Shown here in pieces: positions 45,746 to 55,900 of a stretch of DNA of 64,000 bases. The stretch comes from Schizochytrium sp. TIO01 (lineage: Eukaryota > Protista > Bigyra: Labyrinthulomycetes), in NCBI GenBank assembly GCA_004764695.1, contig SMSO01000031.1:7856761-7920760 (forward strand). The letters are read 5' to 3'. Under the pieces are notes generated by a model. It was not told where the DNA came from, did not search any database, and saw nothing but the letters and a program-made list of their open reading frames with translations. The stretch's first letter is position 1; every line of letters begins with the position of its first letter. A program made the translations under genes and the position numbers.

Positions 45746-46932
45746 TCAAGTCGCACTTTACGGCAGAGGCCCTCGCCCGCTGACTCTTCTTCAACCCAGC
45801 GGAGCTTCCTTGAGAACTCACCCAACACGATCGGCTTGTGCGTCGAGGGTGAAATTCTTCCTCCCGCAAGTTCCCCATCACCAGTGACGACCTTTCGTCT
45901 CAGAAGTACTCGCGAGGAGAAGTGCTGTCCACAGACACAGAAACCGCCGGTGCTGCCGCTCAAGTTGGTCGCCGAGTCGTGCTGACCTCGTTGACGACTC
46001 CTCATCATTTACTTCAAGCGATCAATCAATCGATCAATCAGCATGCACCCTTTTCACAGCAGTTCCTGAACTCCACGAAGTCCACGGTTTGTTTCCATCG
46101 CCGCGAGAGACCTCACTGCACTCGCTCCGTTGTGGTTGGGCACTCCTGCGCAGAACTAGCATTCCTTTGCCCTCGTTCCCACTCCCAAAAGGCCTATGGA
46201 GCCCCCTTCGAGCTCAGTTACACCAACATCATCACCACGACCGTGGCCGTGGCCGTGGCCATAATTCCTGGCTGCTCTTGCTGCACGTGGAGTCCTCGAC
46301 GCTCGAGTTCGTGGTTGGAGTGCGGTGGCATCGTCTCCGTCCATTCCGTCATCTGCTTGCTGCCAAGGCCAATCGATCGATCGGTCGATCAGGCGATCGC
46401 GCGAGGCTGGACTGCCTGCAGGGTCTTGGTGGAAAGGAGGGGATCACCGCCGAAGCGCGTTTTCACGGACGGCGAGAAACGAGAACGTCCATCGCCGCTC
46501 CAATCTCTGCGAAACGTGGCGAAGAAGAAACCGAAACATTCATTGGAGTTGACTGTAGAAAAGTGTTTGATCCCGTTTCCTTTCGAAGGGAGGAAAACTA
46601 AACTATAAAACTATAAAACTATGAAACTATAACTTTGTTTGAGGGAAAGGAAAGAAAGGAGAAAAGAAAAAGGAAAAGAAAAAGGAAAGAAAAAGGAAAA
46701 GAGAGAAGAAAAGAGAGAGAAAAAGGAAAAGTTCATCGCCATCACAGTTAATAATTCTTATTTTATGTTTTCAATCAATCGATCGATCGTACAACTCCTT
46801 TGAAATCACATTTATTCATTCATTCATTAAAGTTTGATCAAACAATCAACTCAGCAGCCTCGTGCCAGCGCCGCTGCGCTCAGGTCCGCAGAGAAGCGCA
46901 GGCCCTGCACGGCGTGGCTGCCTCCAGCACCC

Positions 46933-49191
46933 ATGAGCTCCTCGCGCCGCTCGCGCCGCCGCCGTGACGAGGAGGCAGAGACGGAGAGGTCGGCAGAGAG
47001 GGGCATTGACGAGATGGCGGATTCCGTGCACGCGCGGAGACATGGCGAGGATGAGTCTGAAGATGCAAGCGCAAGGAGCTCAAGGACCAGGAGCAAGAGC
47101 AAGAGCAGGCGGAGCAAGAGTAGACAACGGGCGTCCTCGACATCTTCGCGAAGGTCACGGAGAAGAGATGAAGCTGGAGCTGAGGACGACCGTGAGGACG
47201 CCAAGATTGAAGACGCTCTTGTCTTGGAAAATTTAGAACTCGAGGACAGCCGAAAGAAACGCTACCAAGATGGAACTATAAACAATAAGCCAGAGTCAAG
47301 GCGGATTCAACCGCTGCAACTAGGCCAGCTTGTACAGATCATGCCTATGGCACTTTTGTTCTTGAGAGACGCGTTTGGAGCGGGCGCTGGAGACCTCTTC
47401 TTAGAGTCCGCTGAGGCAGAAGACGACCGGAGGGCACAGCACATGCTTGTAGACCTTATGGATACGCTAAACATTGCAGGCGATCTCTCTATGAGTCAAT
47501 ATCGGGAGTTCTTTGGAGAACACACGCCGCAGAGCATCGCAGGAGGCGTGAGACTTATCATGCTCAAGTGCGAGCCTCCATTCGTACCGCGTGACGTTGG
47601 CGAGGATCTCGTTGCAGTTTTAGGGTCATTAGACTCGTGTGCCACGGGAGAGGATTGCGCTAGAGTTATTGGACCCATCTTGGACCAACTTCCCAGGCAA
47701 CACTTCATGGCTCTCGCTGAGCTTTGTGCCTTCCTTCGAGATACCGCCACAGATACTGCAGAGCTTGCATGTTTGATTGGACCAGCGTTATTCTCGTACG
47801 GAAGTACAAATATTTCAGAAGACCATGCAGCAGCCTCGGCAGCTGCTATAATGGACCTTCTCATTGAGGAGTGTGAGGCCTTCTTTGGCCGCATGTGTGC
47901 TGTGTCTTCTCTTACTGGCCTGGGAGAACGCAATTACATTGTTTCCCCAAGTCATGCTATGCTTAGTCGAAAGTCGGCTCGTAAGCAAGGGCTTGGTATT
48001 TTGGGTGACTCTAGTGGCAGCCATGGTGCAAGTCGCACAAGGTCTGTTGCAGCTCAAGCATCTCTCACAGCAGCACGGATGCAGCAGTTGGTCGCCTTTT
48101 ACAACTGGCGAGACCCGGCAAAGGCAGCTGGTGTCCCAGCCCTCTTTGAGAATCATGATTTTGTGAGTATTGCAAAGGGGCTTTACATGCGGTACCCAGA
48201 TGGTATTCCTCGTCAGTGGCGTGATGAACTCATTGAAATGCAGTCCCGTGGTATTGAAGGACTTGAATGGTTTGACCCTGCACCCGTCACGGTTGGTGCC
48301 AATGGTCGGGCACCACCTCCAGCACCGCCGCGAATTCGTAGCGGAGACCCAAACAGGGATCGAGTAGACCAGATCATTGATGAGATAATTGATACCGAGC
48401 ATGCGTATCATGGTTTGCTGGTTGAGACGCTTGCGTACGGCAAGTATATTCGCATGATTTCTTTGGGAAAGCAAGGTGTTGATGCTCAATCCCGCCTCGG
48501 GCTTAGTACTTCTGATGTAGATACCGTTTTTGGCATGCGCTTGCAGGCCATTGTTGATCTGAGTGAGCGCTTTCTGGCCAACCTTGAAGTGATCGATCTT
48601 GTGCGTACAGAACCTTTGGATGATCTTGGCCGTCCTGGCCTTTTAGTAGACGCCATCTCCTCCATCATCGACGATCTCCACGTGTATGCACCTTATGTCA
48701 GCATGCATCGTGCAGGAGACCGCATTGTCAAACGTGCTCTCGCTCGTATTAGCCGCCGGCCTACAGCAGCCAAACGTCTAATTGGCAGTACTGAATCTAG
48801 CCGCTTTCGCGGCTCCTTTGCTGAGATTTGGGAGAAAAGTAGTGTCTCAAGCGCTCGCCTTTGCGGTCAGTCGCTCGAATCTGCACTCATTACGCCTGTA
48901 CAACGCGTACCGCGCTACATGCTTCTTACTGCAGAACTGGCTAGGCGCCTTCCTGCAACCCACCCTGCTTATACAAGAGTTCAGGAGGTTGCCCGGTCAG
49001 TTGCAGACCTTGCGGAGCAGCTTAATCATGCGATGCGCCAGCACGAAAAAATCTCCGCACTCTTGGGCGATGAGAAGCTAGAGCCCCATGGATCATCACG
49101 TCGTAATTTATTTCGCTCGGGCTCTTCCAAGGAGCTCATTAAAATGGTATATCCTTCGGAGTCATTAGAACGAGATCGGTCTAGTCGTTAG
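46933..49191 (+). CDS. RhoGAP-like domain plus RhoGEF (DH) domain protein
   Basis: GAP-like SIAGGVRLIMLKCEPPFVP, LDQLPRQHFMAL, ELACLIGPALF; DH motifs IIDEIIDTEHAY and LESALITPVQRVPRYMLL; RS-rich N-terminus. First ATG is at 46933. Confidence 0.85.
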   Translation: MSSSRRSRRRRDEEAETERSAERGIDEMADSVHARRHGEDESEDASARSSRTRSKSKSRRSKSRQRASSTSSRRSRRRDEAGAEDDREDAKIEDALVLENLELEDSRKKRYQDGTINNKPESRRIQPLQLGQLVQIMPMALLFLRDAFGAGAGDLFLESAEAEDDRRAQHMLVDLMDTLNIAGDLSMSQYREFFGEHTPQSIAGGVRLIMLKCEPPFVPRDVGEDLVAVLGSLDSCATGEDCARVIGPILDQLPRQHFMALAELCAFLRDTATDTAELACLIGPALFSYGSTNISEDHAAASAAAIMDLLIEECEAFFGRMCAVSSLTGLGERNYIVSPSHAMLSRKSARKQGLGILGDSSGSHGASRTRSVAAQASLTAARMQQLVAFYNWRDPAKAAGVPALFENHDFVSIAKGLYMRYPDGIPRQWRDELIEMQSRGIEGLEWFDPAPVTVGANGRAPPPAPPRIRSGDPNRDRVDQIIDEIIDTEHAYHGLLVETLAYGKYIRMISLGKQGVDAQSRLGLSTSDVDTVFGMRLQAIVDLSERFLANLEVIDLVRTEPLDDLGRPGLLVDAISSIIDDLHVYAPYVSMHRAGDRIVKRALARISRRPTAAKRLIGSTESSRFRGSFAEIWEKSSVSSARLCGQSLESALITPVQRVPRYMLLTAELARRLPATHPAYTRVQEVARSVADLAEQLNHAMRQHEKISALLGDEKLEPHGSSRRNLFRSGSSKELIKMVYPSESLERDRSSR

Positions 49192-50075
49192 TGGACCACC
49201 ATTGCAACAGCAAGGTCATATCGTTCTCTTGCAAAACGCTAGGAGAGTAGATGTTTCTGTTTCCCAGGCTAATTGCAATTACGTTGCTTTGTAAAACCTT
49301 TTGCGTGTGGTGGTTTCCTCCTATCTGGCTCCCCTGACACTACTTTCTGCTTCTTCTTCTTTTTCACAAGACTGATATGCGAAACGTGTGAGTTTAATGT
49401 CGGAATATTTATCCACGAAAAATTTCGATGCAGGTCCCGCAGTTCGTTGTTTTGTTTTCCTTCTTCTGCAACATTTCATGTTACCTGTTTCCCTTTTTGC
49501 AAATGGGAATTATAAAACCCTTTCGTTTTCACCTTTTGATTTTTCTTTTTCTTTCTTTTTCCTGATTTATAGATATATCCCTTATCTTCGTAAGGTAGGC
49601 ATTTTGTTTTTTATGATGTTTTCATGTCTCACTTGCTTTATAGAGCCCAAAGTGTGAATATAAGTACCCTGTTCATTTCCTAATGACATTATCATGCTCG
49701 AAAGTCGTAGCTACAGACGTTACAGTCACCTACAGTCAGTCAATCAAGGCGACTGAAATATTAGCATTTGTTGTAATTCGACTTCCTACTCTATTCAATG
49801 GATTGACTAGAGTAGCCTCTGGCAAGTGCGAGTGTGACCAGTAAAACGAACATAACAAGCATTAAACAAAAAGATGCCAAAAGAAATTGTACTATTCTTC
49901 AAAACGATTAAACTGTGTAACTTGTAAATGGCAAAGCAAATATAGACTTTGCGCAAGCCTTGCTACGAAGGTGCCATAAAATGAAAGTTTGTGATGAGTT
50001 TATGCGCAGGTATGGTGTTAGGCTGCTAAACTTATAGTTGTACTTCAGTACTGATCAATTGATAGATTTAGATGC

Positions 50076-50573
50076 TCAAGGCTGAGTCGGTGGTAAGACG
50101 CCATAATCCAGGCGAAATGCCTTTCCAGAAGCCTCGCAAAACACAGGTTCCCGAGGCTGGTCAGAACCAGTGCGATATCTAAGCCAGCGACAATCTGTGT
50201 CCACCTCAATCCATTTGCTTTGATGGCACTGGTTCGTTTTGTTTTCGTCGGATTCAATTCTTGGGCAATGAGCGACATCGCAGGCAAAGCCATTGCCAAT
50301 ATCCTCGCCAAGGCAGGGTCCTAGACGCCATTCTATAGAGCTGTAGTTTCTACGCTCTTTGCATAGGTTGAGGCATGCCGAAAAGGCGTGGATAACCTCC
50401 TCTGAAGGAGTATCTTCTGCGGCAAGATCCATCTCAAACAGTGGCAAGTCACCGTCTACATCCCAGCGCACCAAAACGCGAGGATCCTGGCGAGATAACA
50501 GCCCAATCAGAAGTAGGCACGCCACCGCAGCAGCGATGACTGTGCCTTGCATCTGCGAAAATGCTCGCGTCAT
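50076..50573 (-). CDS. Small Cys-rich single-pass membrane or secreted protein
   Basis: 165-aa ATG-started ORF with N-terminal hydrophobic helix VIAAAVACLLLIGLL and motif string CLNLC-GPCL-CDVAHCPR-NQC-IEVDTDC. Confidence 0.75.
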   Translation of the reverse strand: MTRAFSQMQGTVIAAAVACLLLIGLLSRQDPRVLVRWDVDGDLPLFEMDLAAEDTPSEEVIHAFSACLNLCKERRNYSSIEWRLGPCLGEDIGNGFACDVAHCPRIESDENKTNQCHQSKWIEVDTDCRWLRYRTGSDQPREPVFCEASGKAFRLDYGVLPPTQP

Positions 50574-51094
50574 CGCAGGAGCGCCAGATTGGAGTTTGGT
50601 TGTCTTTCTGTTGTTTATCTTTCACCAGGCTCCGCTGTGTAAATACAAGTTAGATAGTAGTCAGTAGATACTATCTATGGACTAAAACGATCAGTTTCTC
50701 AATTTCCAAGTGCTGTTTAAGAGGAATGTAGCTGCACGAATTAGCAATTAGCCAGCTGCAAATGAAACATGAGATGGGCAGAGCGCTCCTCACGAATAGT
50801 GGTCACACATTTCTCTCCTGTCCTATTCTATTCTATTACAAGGCTTTTTCTTTTCTTTGAAAGAATTGAAGAGACACATCTATGCAATACATCAAGTTAG
50901 GTCATATGAACTGAATTTAAAACTGCAAATGAGCAGGACTTCAATCTTTTAAATAGAAAAGAAAGGAGAAAAGTACATACGTAGGGCGAGGTGAAATTTA
51001 ATTGTTAAATGTATAAGTAGCGACATGGACTTCAAGCTGGGACTTGGACTAGAGCCAAGGGTCTGGCGTGCACTTGCAAAAGGGCGAAATGCAT

Positions 51095-52942
51095 TTAACT
51101 AATCTGATTGTTACTGGATGACCACTCAAGAATTGAGTCGAGCCAGTCACCATCATCTAAAAGTGCGTTCTCACCATTGTTTATCTGTGGTTGCTCCTGA
51201 TGCTCGTTCTCATTAACAAAGTCGCTACTTCCAGAGAACGATATGCCAGAATCTTGTCTTACGGGTTGTGGTAACGGAGCCGAAGTGTTTTGCCGCTCCG
51301 CTGGAGCCAAATAATTGCCAGTATACTCGTATCCAGATGATCCAGCGGCAGAAAGTCTATGTTCTTCTTTCGGCATTGCCAAGTTCTGGTGATGCGTTTC
51401 AGGTGATGTGTTTATTTCAGCCCCCATCATTGCGTGAAATTCTGAAGAATCGTTGCTCGGCTGAGAATTATGCTGCCCGTTATCAGTATTTGCAGTGTCT
51501 ATCAGAGGGTCAAAAAAAGCCCAATTATCATAGTATGTTGCAGCCACTGGAGGCAACCGGTCAACAGTGGAGGTAGCCTTCCTCTGAGCCGGCACACTAA
51601 GACCACTGGGTCGCTGCCGAGACGCATCATGTATAATTGGCGGGTCTTGTTTGGCGGTGGAGAACTCCTCGGAGTTCTCTGGATAGGCATCGGAATTCAA
51701 TGTATTCGTGATGGATGAAGAAGTTTGGTGTTGATCCTGGACAGGTTGCTCCTCACTACGTGTGTGAGGTTGTTGAAGATGTTGATGGTGTGACTGCGAT
51801 GGTGCTGCATCGACAGCACCTTCTCGTTTGGATACTTCGCTTTGTGAACCATGTTCAAGCTGACCTGGAGAAGTAGGCTCATCTGGTTCTCTTTTGTACT
51901 CTTTATTAGTTTCTTCACATGAAACAGGCTCTTCATTAGGGCTAGGTGGGCGTTTCTCGCCAACACGCTCGAAGACGGCCTTAAGTTGAGTGCTCATAAC
52001 GCCATTCTCAATCCGCTCCACATTAATGCAGTTCACCATGAAGGAACATACCAGCGTTGGCCTACGATCTGTGGGGCGAGCTACACACCACAAATCAAAA
52101 ATGTGTGTTGATGGGACTTCACGCTCGATGAGACTTTGCTTTTGATGTTCCGGAGGCCCAAGACTGCTTGCTTTGATGGCAAGGATTTGCAGAAACACAT
52201 GAAGATCACTTTCCTTAACCAGAAGCTTGGCCAAAATGTCGCCGCCCCACGGAAGAAAACCTCCCGCGGACCAAGCAAGAATTTCCTCGAAACGCTTCCC
52301 TGTGATTCCGAATTCATTCTCAAAGGCCTGGTTAACTTGTACAAATACACCGTTGCTCAGGCATTCCATGAGGAGCCGCGGTTTATCATTCTGCGTGATT
52401 GCAAATTGTTTGCCCACATGAAGAGCAGAAATCACCGTCTCAGGACTTTGACGAGCCTTTTCTGGGACGCACATAGCCATAGCTGAACACGTACCGCACA
52501 TGTTTGGGGCGAATTGACACTTGGTCTTCATTCCGCCAACGATGGATTTGATATCCACGTCCAATGCTTCAAGCCAGGCGTTGAGACGGTCCATCGCCTC
52601 CTGGTTGCCAGTGCTGATGAGGTGAGACTTCAGCTTTTCTAGCTGACTTGCAAACCAACACCACGCCCATACTGCGTCAGAGCGCGTGCGATTCTGATTT
52701 TTGAACATGGTGAAGAAGACTGACCAGACACGTCGCTCATAGGTACTAATAAATGAAAAACCATTCTCTCGTAAGGATCGCTTATTTGATGTTTTGGCAC
52801 CCTTTTGAGGACCACGCTTGCGCTTTGGCCTATATGAACAGACAATACCTTTTGCTTTGCATCGATTGCAAGGGTTTCCACCACTGCATTTTACTTTGCT
52901 CGATGTGCATGCATCGCACGAACCCTTCAAAAGAACCTCCAT
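51095..52942 (-). CDS. Zn(II)2Cys6 (GAL4-type) zinc-cluster transcription factor
   Basis: CDACTSSKVKCSGGNPCNRCKAKGIVC fits CX2CX6CX5CX2CX6C; followed by basic RPKRKRGP; acidic/aromatic C-terminus LLDDGDWLDSILEW. Confidence 0.93.
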   Translation of the reverse strand: MEVLLKGSCDACTSSKVKCSGGNPCNRCKAKGIVCSYRPKRKRGPQKGAKTSNKRSLRENGFSFISTYERRVWSVFFTMFKNQNRTRSDAVWAWCWFASQLEKLKSHLISTGNQEAMDRLNAWLEALDVDIKSIVGGMKTKCQFAPNMCGTCSAMAMCVPEKARQSPETVISALHVGKQFAITQNDKPRLLMECLSNGVFVQVNQAFENEFGITGKRFEEILAWSAGGFLPWGGDILAKLLVKESDLHVFLQILAIKASSLGPPEHQKQSLIEREVPSTHIFDLWCVARPTDRRPTLVCSFMVNCINVERIENGVMSTQLKAVFERVGEKRPPSPNEEPVSCEETNKEYKREPDEPTSPGQLEHGSQSEVSKREGAVDAAPSQSHHQHLQQPHTRSEEQPVQDQHQTSSSITNTLNSDAYPENSEEFSTAKQDPPIIHDASRQRPSGLSVPAQRKATSTVDRLPPVAATYYDNWAFFDPLIDTANTDNGQHNSQPSNDSSEFHAMMGAEINTSPETHHQNLAMPKEEHRLSAAGSSGYEYTGNYLAPAERQNTSAPLPQPVRQDSGISFSGSSDFVNENEHQEQPQINNGENALLDDGDWLDSILEWSSSNNQIS

Positions 52943-55900
52943 AGTATGGACGAGCCTCGTTTGGTTATTTACTTTCGTGTGTTCCTGTGGTCTTTGGTTA
53001 TAGCTTTCCTCTTTATTCTAATTTGTTTTTTGGAGAGCTATTGTCAACGGCTGCTTATAGCACCAGCTCGCAGTTAGTTGGAATAGGTGATAAGCTTATT
53101 CCTCACACGATATGAATGCCACTTTCTATATAGGCTACAATACCCCGGCCAGCTGCTGTCGCCAACAGTATATGCTTGCGTAGCGTCTGAGGCTTTTATA
53201 ACCACCACCACCACCACCACCACCACGCGAAAAGACAGAGACGGATACTCTTGGTACAAGCGTACTGTTTCCGGCTACTCTGGACGCAGCTGGCAGAGTT
53301 CCTGATTTCTTAACTTAAATTATCAATCAGAGATGCCAATCCGGTCTGCTTAACTTTTGATTCTCTATGTGGAAAGTCTCACTAAACCTGGATTGTTTAC
53401 TCGGAACTCTCGCACCTGAATGACCAATAGATTGCTTGGAGCCACAAACAACGGCAACCACAACCACAACACCACTTGGAAAGAGCTCTCAGTGCCCTGA
53501 ATTCTAAAACAGGCAAGACACTAAACGTCGTCTGCCAGAAGTAGAGATGATGACGAATGTGCAAATGAGATGGCGACGAATTTAAAGAATGCGACGAAGA
53601 ACGCAAAATCGCAAAATGGAATGCTGCTACAAAGTAGCTCGAAGAAAAGCCCACTTAAACAGCAGCACAAAAGGTGCCAGGACGGCTGTATCCTACAGTC
53701 AGTTGATGTTGGAAAGGGCACAGGAAGTAGAGGTGGCGAAGGAAGAAGAAAAGCAGTAGACGCAGTAAAAAAAAGGAAAAGCTCACGATTCGATCGATAT
53801 TGCCGCCGAGAGGTGCTTCCAAGGATGTTCAGGCAGGCCGACTAAAGCACGAGAAGCAGCTGCGTTGAGCCAGGAGGATTGGGGTGAGCGAGCGAGGATG
53901 GTTATTGAGAGGGGCTGGGCACAGACCTAGCCGTCACCGTGTATCCTCTGAGTTTGGAAAGTTTTGAAAGTCTGCCAAAACTTTGAGACTTTGAACCCCG
54001 AAACTTAGACAGATTGATGAAAAGAAGAGTGGCAACGAAGCACGAGTAAGCGACCCGTGCTCAACGCGGGAGGCACTCAGCGGGGACTAAACAGTACCTC
54101 CGAGACGGCAGCTTGGCATCCGGCTCTGGCGAGCAGGGGCGAGCGAGCTCCTTTCACTTTTTCAAAAAAGCAAAAAATCAGATCACTGTTTATCATTTTC
54201 ATTTCTTGGTATCCTTTTTTTTTCTCCTTTTTTTTTTTTTAGTTTCTATCATCGCTCAATATTATTTTTATTTATTTGATAGTTAGTAATTATAGCCGCG
54301 CGTAATCCCTATTGTATATATTGTGGCTTTCGTAACGCAAACTCGAGAGGGACTTTGGAGCTGCAGTTTTGAGTTGTAATTTTCCCTCGAAACTCGACGC
54401 AGAAGCGCCTCCTTGCTCCTCGAAAGCTCTCGTTTTCGCAGCCTTCAGCCAAACTTCTTCGCGTAACTTGGTTTACACAGCAGCTTATTCCCCAAGTTTC
54501 GCTCTTCTCCCGCCAATCCCACTTTGTGTGTCATGAATTACGTCCATTCTATCGCTTGTTCGGCACCGGAAAAACACTGCCAGTGTGCCGAGGCGGTGCA
54601 ATCGAGATCTGCCGAAAAGGCCGTCTGTGGAGGCGGCTAAAGTCTACTTGCAGGCGCGTATAACCCATAGTACGCGGCCCCCATTCCGCACGTGCAAAGT
54701 GAAGTATAGCGCTGACAGTGACTTTTGGGCGTCGGGAGAACTCGGGGGAACCTCGCGAGAACCCCCTGGGTTTCTACTAGAGCTGCAGTCGAAGGACAGC
54801 GCAAAGGCCACTTGAACTTGGGCTTGGATTGTGAGTCTGAACCCCAGTGCAGAACGTTACGTTGGGCTTTGAGACCCACACGGACGGAGCATGTTCGTGT
54901 GCTGGTTTTAATAAACGTTTGGCTCGAGCTTTGGGCCGAAGATACAGGCTTTTGCAGCTCTCATGGTTGGCTGAGCTAGCTAGCTAGCTTTGCATGGTAT
55001 GTGGCTGATATGTTAGTTATGTATGCGCGGAGGCCTAAAAACACAGTAGTTACGAACTTCGAAGGCTGAAGGGGTTTTATGAATTTTAGTTTAGATAGGC
55101 GATAGGAATGCAGTTTTCGATTCTAAAACTAAGAAACAGCTCAAGTTGTAAAACATGATGTTTGGAAATTATAATTGTTAAACAGGTTACCTGTTTTATA
55201 TTTCTTATAGTTAATGATAGGAAAAGTATATAGATTTGATTATGAAAGCAGGAAAATACAAGACAATACAAGATATCAGGAGAGCGCTCGCCACCTATCG
55301 CGCGGCCGCTGGCGAGCTCTGAAAACAGCTCTCATGTACTTGCAGGCTTCAATAGAGCATGAATATACATATATATATATATATAATCATGACGGACGGC
55401 TTATTTGTTTACATAGCGGATTCAGGATCTTCACAAGACCAATCAGAGCAGATCGTCCCACAGTGAACCCGCCCTGTGACCGACCTGGTATCAGTAGCCA
55501 GCATACTATTTAGCAGGTAACTTTACCATGACTCGATGCTGCGTCTCAGATATTCAAGCTTACGAGATACTGTGTTATTCGGCTCTATTTCGAGTGACGT
55601 CTTGCGAGCTGTAGCAGAGGAACGGCGCTGGAAAGTGCATTCGCTTATTTTCTGAGGAGCCGAGACACGACACTTCTACCTATGGTTTCTTTATTTCTCT
55701 AAGTTATCTTTTAATACTTTTAATTAATTAAAACTGTCTCACCATTCTATTTTAAATAGATGGTAAGTAAATGAAACACGGAATGAGCCTCTTTCACAGC
55801 CGCAGGATTGGCCGACCTGGCGATGACTGACTGTGTTTTGTTTTGAGACATCGGCACCTTCCCTTCAATACCCCGTCAACGTTGAGGTTGTAAAGCATGC

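Noticed and set aside
45922-46608. 228-aa and 170-aa overlapping ORFs upstream of the Rho regulator
   Set aside because: Non-ATG starts, low-complexity ATCA/ATCG repeats and no recognisable domain; probably GC-rich promoter or 5' UTR sequence.
51095-52942. Zn2Cys6 factor as a Pdr1/Pdr3-like regulator of the ABC array
   Set aside because: It is about 30 kb away with many unrelated genes between, and I saw no TCCGCGGA PDRE upstream of the transporters.
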